DNA of 57,215 nucleotides from a virus (lineage: Duplodnaviria > Caudoviricetes): positions 1 through 57,215 of the IMG/VR virus record IMGVR_UViG_3300037167_000012, one strand, 5' to 3'. Both the position numbers and the translations under genes were made by a program. The notes below the pieces were generated by a model. That model ran no database searches. It was not told the DNA's origin and saw only the letters and a list, made by a program, of their open reading frames with translations. Position 1 is the first letter of the stretch. Each line of letters opens with the position of its first letter. Of the stretch, positions 8,810-16,588 are shown piece after piece.

Positions 8810-10098
8810 AGGACGCCAAGGATGTCAAAGCGCTGTGCGTGGACACGGGAATTTTCCCTCATATTGCCCGCAGACTGGCAAGGGAATTTGACACCGTCTG
8901 GTATTGGACTCCGTGGGAATCCGCATTTCCAAGACTCAAGGACTCAGTCATTGGTGACGGCTACCCCGACATCATCGCCTGCGAATCCATCGAGGAGGTG
9001 AAGGCCGAATGCGACCTGTTCGTGTTCCCCGACATCGGCTATTCCGACCTGCAAGAGGAGCTGGTGAAGCAGGGCAAGGCCGTCTGGGGCTGCCGCCGGG
9101 GGGATGAGCTGGAGGCTCGGCGCGGGAAGTTTCTGGAAGTCCTCGGCACCACCAACCTGCCTGTTCCTAAGTTCAAGAAGGTAATGGGCATCACCAGTCT
9201 GAAGCTGTTCCTGAAGGACAAGGAAGACCAGTACATCAAGGTCTCCACCTATCGGGGCGATTTTGAGACCACTCATTTCCGAAGCATGGCCGCCGACGAA
9301 TCCGTGCTGGACAAATGGGCCGTCACGCTGGGGCCGCTCCGGGAATACATGAACTTCTTCGTGTTCGAGCCGATTGACACGGAAATCGAGGACGGGATTG
9401 ATTCGTGGTGCATTGACGGCCAGTGGCCCGAAACCATCATCCACGGGATGGAGTGCAAGGACTCCGCCTACATCGGCGCGTTCCAGAAGCTGGCCGATTG
9501 CCCTGAGGAAATCCGCGTCATCAACGAGGAGTTCGGCCCCATCCTGAAGAAGTACGGCTATCGCGGCGCGTTCTCCACTGAGGGCCGCATTACCAAGGAC
9601 GGCGAGACCTATTTCATTGACCCGACCTGCCGCTTCCCCAGCCCGCCCAGCCAGTGCATGTGCGAGATGATTGGAAACCTCGGAGAGGTCATCTGGAAAG
9701 GTGCCAATGGCGAGGTGATTGAGCCGGAACAGTCCTTCAAGTTCGGAGCGCAGGCCATCTTCAAGGTTGACCGGGACGAGTGGGGCGTGTTTGAAATCCA
9801 GGACGAACTCGACCAATGGGTTAAGATAGCCTTCTCTTGCAAGGTGGACGGCAAGATATGTGTTCCCCCTGACCAGACCGGCGTTGAGGAAATCGGCTGG
9901 GTCGTGGGCGTGGGCGACACGATGGAAGAAGCCATCGAGCACCTGCGCGAGAACAAGGACGCCATGCCCGACGGCTGCAACGTCCAGTTCTCATCCATCG
10001 CCGACCTGCTCAAGGAAATCCAGACGGCTGAGGAATTGGGCATGAGCTTCACAGAAGGCAAGATTCCCGGCCCTGAGACGGTGGTTTCCAAAGAGTAA
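8806..10098 (+). CDS. ATP-grasp ligase, distantly PurD (GAR synthetase)-like
   Basis: DLFVFPD, VWGCRRGDELE, LPVP, YIK, YRGAFSTE...YFIDPTCRFPSP (metal-binding/RF motif), VVGVGDTMEEA. Confidence 0.72.
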   Translation: MKDAKDVKALCVDTGIFPHIARRLAREFDTVWYWTPWESAFPRLKDSVIGDGYPDIIACESIEEVKAECDLFVFPDIGYSDLQEELVKQGKAVWGCRRGDELEARRGKFLEVLGTTNLPVPKFKKVMGITSLKLFLKDKEDQYIKVSTYRGDFETTHFRSMAADESVLDKWAVTLGPLREYMNFFVFEPIDTEIEDGIDSWCIDGQWPETIIHGMECKDSAYIGAFQKLADCPEEIRVINEEFGPILKKYGYRGAFSTEGRITKDGETYFIDPTCRFPSPPSQCMCEMIGNLGEVIWKGANGEVIEPEQSFKFGAQAIFKVDRDEWGVFEIQDELDQWVKIAFSCKVDGKICVPPDQTGVEEIGWVVGVGDTMEEAIEHLRENKDAMPDGCNVQFSSIADLLKEIQTAEELGMSFTEGKIPGPETVVSKE

Positions 10099-10109
10099 CC
10101 AGTTATTCC

Positions 10110-10139
10110 TTGACAAACGGCCAATGGCGGCCTTATTGT
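10110..10139 (+). promoter_or_regulatory. Sigma70-type promoter upstream of the 43-aa ORF
   Basis: TTGACA 10110-10115, 18 bp, TATTGT 10134-10139, ATG 10149. Confidence 0.55.
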
Positions 10140-10148
10140 CTCGCCAGC

Positions 10149-10280
10149 ATGACAACCTGCGCCTACAACGGAACGATTGGAAGCTGTGGCTACCCACAGG
10201 CCAAGGTTGACCAGACGCCGAAATATGACAACGCCGTCCGCAAGGGTCGCAAGCGCCGGAAGAAAAGGAAACAGCCATGA
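10149..10280 (+). CDS. 43-aa peptide resembling the capsid N-terminus, with Arg/Lys tail
   Basis: Translated by hand: MTTCAYNGTIGSCGYPQAKVDQTPKYDNAVRKGRKRRKKRKQP; ATGA overlap with next ORF. Confidence 0.7.
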   Translation: MTTCAYNGTIGSCGYPQAKVDQTPKYDNAVRKGRKRRKKRKQP

Positions 10281-10456
10281 AAATCCAGCATCAGGAGCAC
10301 ACCATCGAGGAGGTCATTCGGTATTTCGTGGAGGGGTACAACCTTGAGCCGGGACAACGGGTGGCCAGCCATGAGTCAAACTATGACCCCCGCACCGGCA
10401 AAGTGTGGCTCAAGCTGGTCATCGAGGAACCTGACCTTGGAAAATCGGAGTCCTGA
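10277..10456 (+). CDS. Hypothetical 59-aa protein
   Basis: Hand-translated MKIQHQEHTIEEVIRYFVEG...; AAAGGA SD; ATGA overlap; fills the gap. Confidence 0.6.
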   Translation: MKIQHQEHTIEEVIRYFVEGYNLEPGQRVASHESNYDPRTGKVWLKLVIEEPDLGKSES

Positions 10457-10457
10457 C

Positions 10458-10658
10458 ATGAGCGAAGCCGTCCCAACATTGCCGGTGTACCAGAAGCCGG
10501 TCGAGCGCAAGCCAGCCGTGATTCCTGCGGCGGTGGCGGCATCCGTTCCCAAAACGCCCAACACGCTGAACCGGCTGATGAGCAGGATGCTCAAGCCGCA
10601 GATGAAACGCATTTCAAAACTTCAAACCGGAAAACAAAAGAAGCACAAGTTCTATTGA
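10458..10658 (+). CDS. Hypothetical basic protein
   Basis: ATG 1 nt after the previous stop, within ORF 10344..10658. Confidence 0.55.
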   Translation: MSEAVPTLPVYQKPVERKPAVIPAAVAASVPKTPNTLNRLMSRMLKPQMKRISKLQTGKQKKHKFY

Positions 10659-10660
10659 TT

Positions 10661-10990
10661 ATGGAAACCAAAACACCACTCGTATCACCACGGCCCATCA
10701 ACCCCACTCCAAAGCAGAGGTTCCTCGAAATGGGAACATGGGTATCAGCCCATCGCAAGATGACTGACAGCCCTGAATTCCAGAGGGCCATTGACTTCGC
10801 CGCCCAGCACTACGTCAGGTCGCTGCATGGAATCGCCCCCACTGACCTGACTCATCCAAACTTCATGGCCGCCAGCGCGATGAACTTCCAGCGCATTCAG
10901 GGGATGCAGGACTTCATCACCGTGCTGATGAACCTGTCTGAAGTTCCAACTCCCCGGACAGCCACCAAAAACGCCGACAACCTTGACTGA
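10661..10990 (+). CDS. Hypothetical protein (head module)
   Basis: Tightly packed ORF. Confidence 0.65.
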   Translation: METKTPLVSPRPINPTPKQRFLEMGTWVSAHRKMTDSPEFQRAIDFAAQHYVRSLHGIAPTDLTHPNFMAASAMNFQRIQGMQDFITVLMNLSEVPTPRTATKNADNLD

Positions 10991-10992
10991 TT

Positions 10993-11232
10993 ATGGCTCA
11001 ATACCGAAAGAAACCAGTAGTCATCGAGGCCGTTCAATGGACGGGAAACATTCAGGAAGTGTCTGCTTTTGCGGGCGAAAGCCTTGAGTCTCTAACTGGA
11101 GACACGCTCTGGATTAAAACACTTGAGGGAGGGCTTACGGCCCGTATGAACGACTGGATAATCAAGGGGGTTTGCAGGGAATTCTATCCCTGCAAACCAG
11201 ACATCTTTGAATCAACCTACGAGAAAGTCTGA
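10993..11232 (+). CDS. Conserved small phage protein (YRKKPVVIEA...YPCKPDIF family)
   Basis: Characteristic YRKKPVVIEAVQW, IKTLEG, DWIIKGV, FYPCKPDIFESTYE. Confidence 0.85.
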   Translation: MAQYRKKPVVIEAVQWTGNIQEVSAFAGESLESLTGDTLWIKTLEGGLTARMNDWIIKGVCREFYPCKPDIFESTYEKV

Positions 11233-11234
11233 TT

Positions 11235-12521
11235 ATGGCCGACGAACCATCCAGCGCAGCACCCGCCGCCGCAGCAGTTCCAGCAGCAGCCACTCCCGCC
11301 GCCGTGTCCAGTCCGGCACAGCCGCAGCGCCGGGAGATTAACGTCTCGGCAATACCGGCCCCAACTACGCCTATAACGCCTCCCAAGAAAGGCTCCGCGC
11401 GGGAGAAGATGCTGGAAAACCTGCGGGGCAAGGCCAAGCCCGAACCTGGCACCGCCGCCCCCGAACCGACTACTGCCGCAGCCACCGCTCCCGTTGAGGG
11501 CGATGAGCCGGAAGTCCCGGCAGAAGGCGACGAGCCAGCCGCTCCCGCCGAGGGCACCAAGCCAGCCGACAAGAAGAAGGTCAATCCCTGGAAGCTGGTG
11601 GACGAGTACAAGGCCAAGGTCAAGGAATACGAGGGCAAGATTGCTGAAGTCGAGAAGCGGGCCATCCCCGAATCCAAGTGGAAGGAGCAGCAGGAAACCC
11701 TCACCCAGCGCGAGGCCCGCCTCAAGGAACTGGAGGAGGAAATCCGATACGTCAACTACTCCAAGAGCGACGAGTTCAAGAATAAATACCAGAAGCCCTA
11801 CGACGACGCATGGAAGCGCGCAATGGGCGAACTCAAGGAGCTGACCATCGAGGCTGGCGATGGGAACACCCGCCCGGTTGAACCCAAGGACATTCTGGAC
11901 TTGGTCAACCTGCCCCTGCCAATGGCCCGCAAGGAGGCCGTGGAGAAGTTTGGCGAGTTCGCTGATGACGTGATGGCCCATCGCAAGGAGATTCGCAAGC
12001 TGTTCGACGAGCAATCCGCTGCGCTGGAGGAGGCCCGAACCAACGGCGAGGCGCGGGAGAAGGAAACCGCCGAGGCCCGCAAGAAGGAAGTCGGCGAAAT
12101 GACCGGCACCATCCGGGAACAATGGTCAAAGGCCAACGAGGACGCCGCCTCCCACCCCAAGTACGGCACCTACTTCAAGCCGGTTGAGGGCGATGAACAG
12201 GGCAACCAAAGGCTGGCCAAGGGATTTGAGCTGGCCGACCGCGCGTTCTCCGAGAACCCGCTGTCCAAGGGGCTTACCCCCGAACAGCGCACCGCCATCG
12301 TCCAGCGCCATGCCGCCGTCCGCAACCGCTGCGCCGCATTCGGCAGGCTGGTCTATATGAACGAAACGAAGGCTTCTGAAATCGCCGAGTTGAAGAAACA
12401 ACTGGCCGAATTCAACGGAGCCGAGCCGCCCGCTGATGGTGGTAGCGCAGCCCCGGCATCGCCTCCCGGAACCAAGGGCATGGCAGGCGTCCTTGAAGAC
12501 CTGAGAAAGAGGGCGAAATGA
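11235..12521 (+). CDS. Probable capsid scaffolding protein
   Basis: Pro/Ala/Glu-rich disordered N-terminus, long coiled coil, between portal and capsid. Confidence 0.65.
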   Translation: MADEPSSAAPAAAAVPAAATPAAVSSPAQPQRREINVSAIPAPTTPITPPKKGSAREKMLENLRGKAKPEPGTAAPEPTTAAATAPVEGDEPEVPAEGDEPAAPAEGTKPADKKKVNPWKLVDEYKAKVKEYEGKIAEVEKRAIPESKWKEQQETLTQREARLKELEEEIRYVNYSKSDEFKNKYQKPYDDAWKRAMGELKELTIEAGDGNTRPVEPKDILDLVNLPLPMARKEAVEKFGEFADDVMAHRKEIRKLFDEQSAALEEARTNGEAREKETAEARKKEVGEMTGTIREQWSKANEDAASHPKYGTYFKPVEGDEQGNQRLAKGFELADRAFSENPLSKGLTPEQRTAIVQRHAAVRNRCAAFGRLVYMNETKASEIAELKKQLAEFNGAEPPADGGSAAPASPPGTKGMAGVLEDLRKRAK

Positions 12522-12781
12522 GACCCGTCAACAAGCGCGTCCTGGTCTGGATTGACCAGCCGGGACTGCTCCAAGGCCAGAAAATCATCGTGCCGGATGC
12601 CCATAAGTCCGAGCCGAATACTGGCGTCGTGCTGGCCGTCGGTGATGGCAATGACGATGTCAAACCCGGCGACCACGTCATGGTCGAACGCCAGTTCAAT
12701 ACCCACGTTACCCATGAAGGGAAAATCTGCTGGCTGCTGAACCGGCAGGATATTGTGGCAGTGATAACAGCAAACAAATAA
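12518..12781 (+). CDS. groES: Co-chaperonin GroES (Cpn10)-like protein
   Basis: MRPVNKRVLV, IIVPD, GVVLAVGDG, VKPGDHV, LLNRQDIVAVI. Confidence 0.85.
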   Translation: MRPVNKRVLVWIDQPGLLQGQKIIVPDAHKSEPNTGVVLAVGDGNDDVKPGDHVMVERQFNTHVTHEGKICWLLNRQDIVAVITANK

Positions 12782-12793
12782 AGGAAAACACCA

Positions 12794-13096
12794 ATGAGAG
12801 AAACTTACCCCAACGACACCGGCGCTGCCTGTGAATCCAAAAAGGCAAGAATCCCAGAGCTTCTGGAGGCTCAGGAAAAACTTATCAACACACTGCACGG
12901 CTCCATTACCAAGCTCGAAGACAGGCTGTATAAAGTGAGCTGCGAATCATCCAACAAGTCGGTTGAGGGAAATCCATGCCCCTGTCCCGAACACCCAAAA
13001 GGAAAGACGTTTATGCGAATCTTGGAGGAGGGCAACAGTGGAATCATCGCCGCTAATGCGCGCATTCAAGAAGCCATGAAGCTGCTCGAAATCTGA
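12794..13096 (+). CDS. Hypothetical coiled-coil protein
   Basis: AAAGGA SD; 100 aa; followed by terminator. Confidence 0.65.
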   Translation: MRETYPNDTGAACESKKARIPELLEAQEKLINTLHGSITKLEDRLYKVSCESSNKSVEGNPCPCPEHPKGKTFMRILEEGNSGIIAANARIQEAMKLLEI

Positions 13097-13119
13097 ACAA
13101 TCTTCGTTCATGTGTTCAC

Positions 13120-13150
13120 GCCCCGCTGGAGAAATCTGGCGGGGCTTTTA
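13120..13150 (+). terminator. Rho-independent terminator
   Basis: GCCCCGCTGGA-GAAA-TCTGGCGGGGC then TTTT. Confidence 0.8.
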
Positions 13151-13189
13151 GTTGGTTGAATTAGTGGCGATACCTGCTACCTTTGAGGC

Positions 13190-13636
13190 ATGGGAATTGA
13201 AGCAAAACATGCCTATCGGTTTGGGTTTTTGAAGTCGGACAGGTGGCAACAGCTCCGACTGGACTGCCTCGCTAGGGATGGTACTAAATGCAGGATATGC
13301 AAGGTAAGGGATTTATCTAACGACGCACATCACATAAGGTATCCGAAGAACTGGTTCGACACAAAGATTCAAGACCTTGTGACGCTGTGCCGAGAGCATC
13401 ACGAATTGGTTCATAAAATAATGGAAGAAAGGCCAGGCCTTAACTGGAAGCAGATACGATTTAGGATTAGGATTCCAGGCGTCCATGAAATCTTCACAGG
13501 AAGAACATACCGAAGGATGCACCTCGAAAAAGCAGTCGCAACAGAAAATTATTTGACAGCTTTCATGGCGTGGGTTATTCATATCCAGCTTCGTAATCGC
13601 AACCGCGTTTCCGTGGCTTCACTTTCCGGGACGTAG
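13190..13636 (+). CDS. HNH endonuclease-like protein
   Basis: WQQLRLDCLARDGTKCRIC...DAHHIRY...DLVTLCREHHELVH. Confidence 0.85.
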   Translation: MGIEAKHAYRFGFLKSDRWQQLRLDCLARDGTKCRICKVRDLSNDAHHIRYPKNWFDTKIQDLVTLCREHHELVHKIMEERPGLNWKQIRFRIRIPGVHEIFTGRTYRRMHLEKAVATENYLTAFMAWVIHIQLRNRNRVSVASLSGT

Positions 13637-13794
13637 AACCGGCGGTTTAGACAGCCGAAAATGCCCCCGACTTGAAACGGCCTTGGTGCGCCGAAGTTGT
13701 CGGGCTTCAATTACACCTTCAGTAAATGACGTGTCCGTGTGTGCGGACGCGCCCAGTTTTGAACGCTAACTTTTTTTAGAGAAAGACTAATGAT

Positions 13795-15342
13795 ATGGCA
13801 TGTGCAGGTTCGATAATCCAAGCTTGCGATTTTCCGCAGTTCCTCGTGGACCAGACGCCGAAGTTTGACGAATTGATTATGGAGGATATAAGGCCTACTG
13901 ACGGCTGGCTCCTCAACGTATCAACTGGCACTACCCCGATGGGTACGCCGGTTGAAATCACTCAAGACCGATTCCGCAACGTGTATCCGAACGTCACGAA
14001 GGCGTGGCGCAAGGTGGTTGCCAATGGCCCCGGCTGTCAGGGCAATCCATGCGACCCGCCCGAACATCAAATCGGCTGGGGCGCTGACCGTCTGACTTAC
14101 TTCCTGGAAGGCCAGGAATGGCAGACGCCGCTGTTGTGCTACGACCAGGACATGCACATCACTCATGCGGAGCAGCACGTCCAGCAAATCATCAATGAAA
14201 TCCTGCGTCCGGCGACCACGTCCATTTCGAGCGTGTTTCTCCGCAAGCGCGCGCTGTTGTGGGCCAAGCAGAAATGGGCCGCCAACCAGTCAATGTCCGC
14301 CTTCACCTATCAGTGGACGCTGGGTGGACTCCTTTCTGACGAGGAAATCTATTTTGATTGCTCGGTCAGCCCGGCCAACCTGTACCTGCTGGTGCCGCAG
14401 ATGCTGCAAAACCGCTTCAGCCCCCTGATGCGGCGCGGCTATGGCGGCAAGAACCCCTTCAAGGAGACCGCTCCGTTCATCGAGCTGGTGACGGACATGG
14501 ACACCTGCTGGTCGCTCGACAAGCTCGGCGGCTCGGTCGGTGTTGGCGGGACTCCCAGCGTGAACGGCAACTGGCGGTTCACCGAATGGGGCGCGGCCAA
14601 TGAGTATTGGCGCTACGGTTTCAGCGGACAGATTGGCAACTACATGGTGCGCGTGGATGAAATGGGCCTCCGTTTCAACTTCGTCGGCGACCTTGGCGCC
14701 ACTGCCCACTCCAGCAACGGCAACCGCTACCGCTACCAGATTGTGCTGCCCTTCAGGAACGGCATCACCACTGGCGCAGGCGGCTCTGCGGGCCTGGGGT
14801 CGGACGAGAATCCCGACTTCGACAACGCCCAGTACAGCATCAGCTACATCTGGCACAAGAAAGCGATGGAGCTGCTGGTGCCTGACGCGCGCCCGCTCAA
14901 CGCTGAAATGCCATTCGGCCACCGCGACTTTGGCGGCAAGTGGCAGTTCGTGATGGACAACCTCGGCGCAGACGCCAATGGTGTGGCCATCACCAACAAG
15001 CGCCGGAACAAGGGGCAGTTCATTGCCGACTTCCGGTATTACGTCCGTCCGTTGCACACCGAGTTTGCGGAAGCCATCTTCCACAAACGCGAGCAGTTCT
15101 GCATCCCGCAGGTCAGCCCGTGCAACCCCGACCCCGGATACCCCGTGCAATCGTACAACTCGTCCTTGCCGATATGTCCGCTGCCGACTGGCTGGCCAGC
15201 CAACACTGGCCCCATAGCCATCCCGCAGACCACGGGCACAATCCAGGGCGTCAGCGTCCCGATTGCGACCGGCAACACGGAGCCTGTTGATACCGCCCAG
15301 CCGATTGCGGGCGAGACCAGCACGAATCCGCCCGACCGATAA
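13795..15342 (+). CDS. Major capsid protein
   Basis: 515 aa, strong codon bias, after scaffold/GroES, followed by a hairpin terminator; mainly positional. Confidence 0.75.
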   Translation: MACAGSIIQACDFPQFLVDQTPKFDELIMEDIRPTDGWLLNVSTGTTPMGTPVEITQDRFRNVYPNVTKAWRKVVANGPGCQGNPCDPPEHQIGWGADRLTYFLEGQEWQTPLLCYDQDMHITHAEQHVQQIINEILRPATTSISSVFLRKRALLWAKQKWAANQSMSAFTYQWTLGGLLSDEEIYFDCSVSPANLYLLVPQMLQNRFSPLMRRGYGGKNPFKETAPFIELVTDMDTCWSLDKLGGSVGVGGTPSVNGNWRFTEWGAANEYWRYGFSGQIGNYMVRVDEMGLRFNFVGDLGATAHSSNGNRYRYQIVLPFRNGITTGAGGSAGLGSDENPDFDNAQYSISYIWHKKAMELLVPDARPLNAEMPFGHRDFGGKWQFVMDNLGADANGVAITNKRRNKGQFIADFRYYVRPLHTEFAEAIFHKREQFCIPQVSPCNPDPGYPVQSYNSSLPICPLPTGWPANTGPIAIPQTTGTIQGVSVPIATGNTEPVDTAQPIAGETSTNPPDR

Positions 15343-15357
15343 TAGTGGTTGCGTCAT

Positions 15358-15401
15358 GCGGCTGTCCTGGCTTAGTGTTTTCCCCAGGGCAGCCGCCCTT
15401 T
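15358..15401 (+). terminator. Hairpin/terminator after capsid gene
   Basis: GCGGCTGTCCTGG...CCAGGGCAGCCGC then CCTTT. Confidence 0.6.
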
Positions 15402-15449
15402 GACCATTATGAAAACATGGATTACAGTGACTGAACCGAAAGGCAACCA

Positions 15450-15749
15450 ATGCCCAATGACGCTTCCTATTACAATGACGCTCCCGGCGGAGACGCCCCG
15501 GAGAAAACCGATTCGGACAAGCCGGATGATTCCGGTGCCAAAACCGGCCTGCTTCCCAAATCCCTGTTCGGCCATGAGTTGAGGCCCGGAGACAAGTGCG
15601 ACATCGAAGTCGTGGCCGTCCATGAGCAGGACTACGCCGTCAAGGGATGCGTGGGCCACGACGAGGGCGAGAAGCCCGAACCAGAAGGCGGCGATGAGTC
15701 TGAGCCTGCCGCCCCTCCCAGCGAGATGTCGTCCATGCTTTCTGATTGA
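15450..15749 (+). CDS. Acidic hypothetical protein
   Basis: GAAAGG SD; 99 aa. Confidence 0.65.
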   Translation: MPNDASYYNDAPGGDAPEKTDSDKPDDSGAKTGLLPKSLFGHELRPGDKCDIEVVAVHEQDYAVKGCVGHDEGEKPEPEGGDESEPAAPPSEMSSMLSD

Positions 15750-15753
15750 TTTT

Positions 15754-16326
15754 ATGCCCGCCAACAACACCGATTCATTGATTGCCAACTCGCTTTGCAT
15801 CCATCGCTGCATCCCGGACGGAATGAAGATGTCCGTCCTCATCTATCAACTGGCCACCATTGCCGGGCTGCCGACCGACAAGGCTGGCATCCAGAGCCTC
15901 ATTGACAATTCAGTCTGCATTGACAAGTGCATCCCGGATGGCCTGAAGTGGGCGGTTCTGATTGGCCTGTTCGCCAAGCTTGCCGGGATTGACACAGTTC
16001 CGATGCCCACGCCGACCACGAACCTGATACCTGCGGGGGCGGTGTATGATGTGGCGGGTCGGTATTATATGCGAGGTGGAGATGGGAATAACCCCGCAGC
16101 CTCAATCATTCAATTCGGAGGCACTTATCTATTGAAGTGGGGCAACACTGAATTTTCAGCATCAGATATGTCCTCCAACGGGACTTATTTCAGTCCGGCA
16201 TCTGGCCGACCCGGAGCGCAGTCCAGTGTTCAATTTACCTACAACGGCGCAGGTGGAGATTTGGGATTCTATTTAACATCTTCGACTCCCGGCGCACTTG
16301 TCACCGCAACCATCTACGCTGTTTAA
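15754..16326 (+). CDS. Putative virion protein with two N-terminal CxxxC-IP repeats
   Basis: SLIANSLCIHRCIPDGMK and SLIDNSVCIDKCIPDGLK; ATG 4 nt after previous stop. Confidence 0.7.
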   Translation: MPANNTDSLIANSLCIHRCIPDGMKMSVLIYQLATIAGLPTDKAGIQSLIDNSVCIDKCIPDGLKWAVLIGLFAKLAGIDTVPMPTPTTNLIPAGAVYDVAGRYYMRGGDGNNPAASIIQFGGTYLLKWGNTEFSASDMSSNGTYFSPASGRPGAQSSVQFTYNGAGGDLGFYLTSSTPGALVTATIYAV

Positions 16327-16329
16327 TTT

Positions 16330-16587
16330 ATGCTTACCCAAGACCAGATTGCCGTGTTGATAGCCGATTCGGTGTGCATCAATTCGTGCATCCCGCCCGG
16401 CTTCCAGTTGGCCGTCCTAATCTATTTGGCCAGCCAGATAGCTGCCAATGGCGGCACTGGCTCAGGTGCCACCTTTGCCGACTATGGCGGTGGAGCGCCT
16501 ACATTTACCCCGTCAGCCGGAACCGGGCTGGCTGTTGACACCTCGGATGGAACCCTGTGGGAATACTACAATGGAGCATGGCACTGA
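16330..16587 (+). CDS. Small putative virion protein with one CxxxC-IP repeat
   Basis: VLIADSVCINSCIPPGFQLAVLIY; C-terminal DGTLWEYYNGAWH. Confidence 0.7.
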   Translation: MLTQDQIAVLIADSVCINSCIPPGFQLAVLIYLASQIAANGGTGSGATFADYGGGAPTFTPSAGTGLAVDTSDGTLWEYYNGAWH

Positions 16588-16588
16588 T

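Noticed and set aside
8806-10280. Graspetide RiPP cluster (ATP-grasp + TPKYD peptide)
   Set aside because: Enzyme looks PurD-like rather than RimK/MvdD-like, the peptide has no leader motif, and it is better explained by capsid similarity
14290-15450. Long antisense ORFs (also 5958..6884, 8944..9942, 49700..50647)
   Set aside because: Shadows of GC3-rich genes on the opposite strand; no SD or motifs
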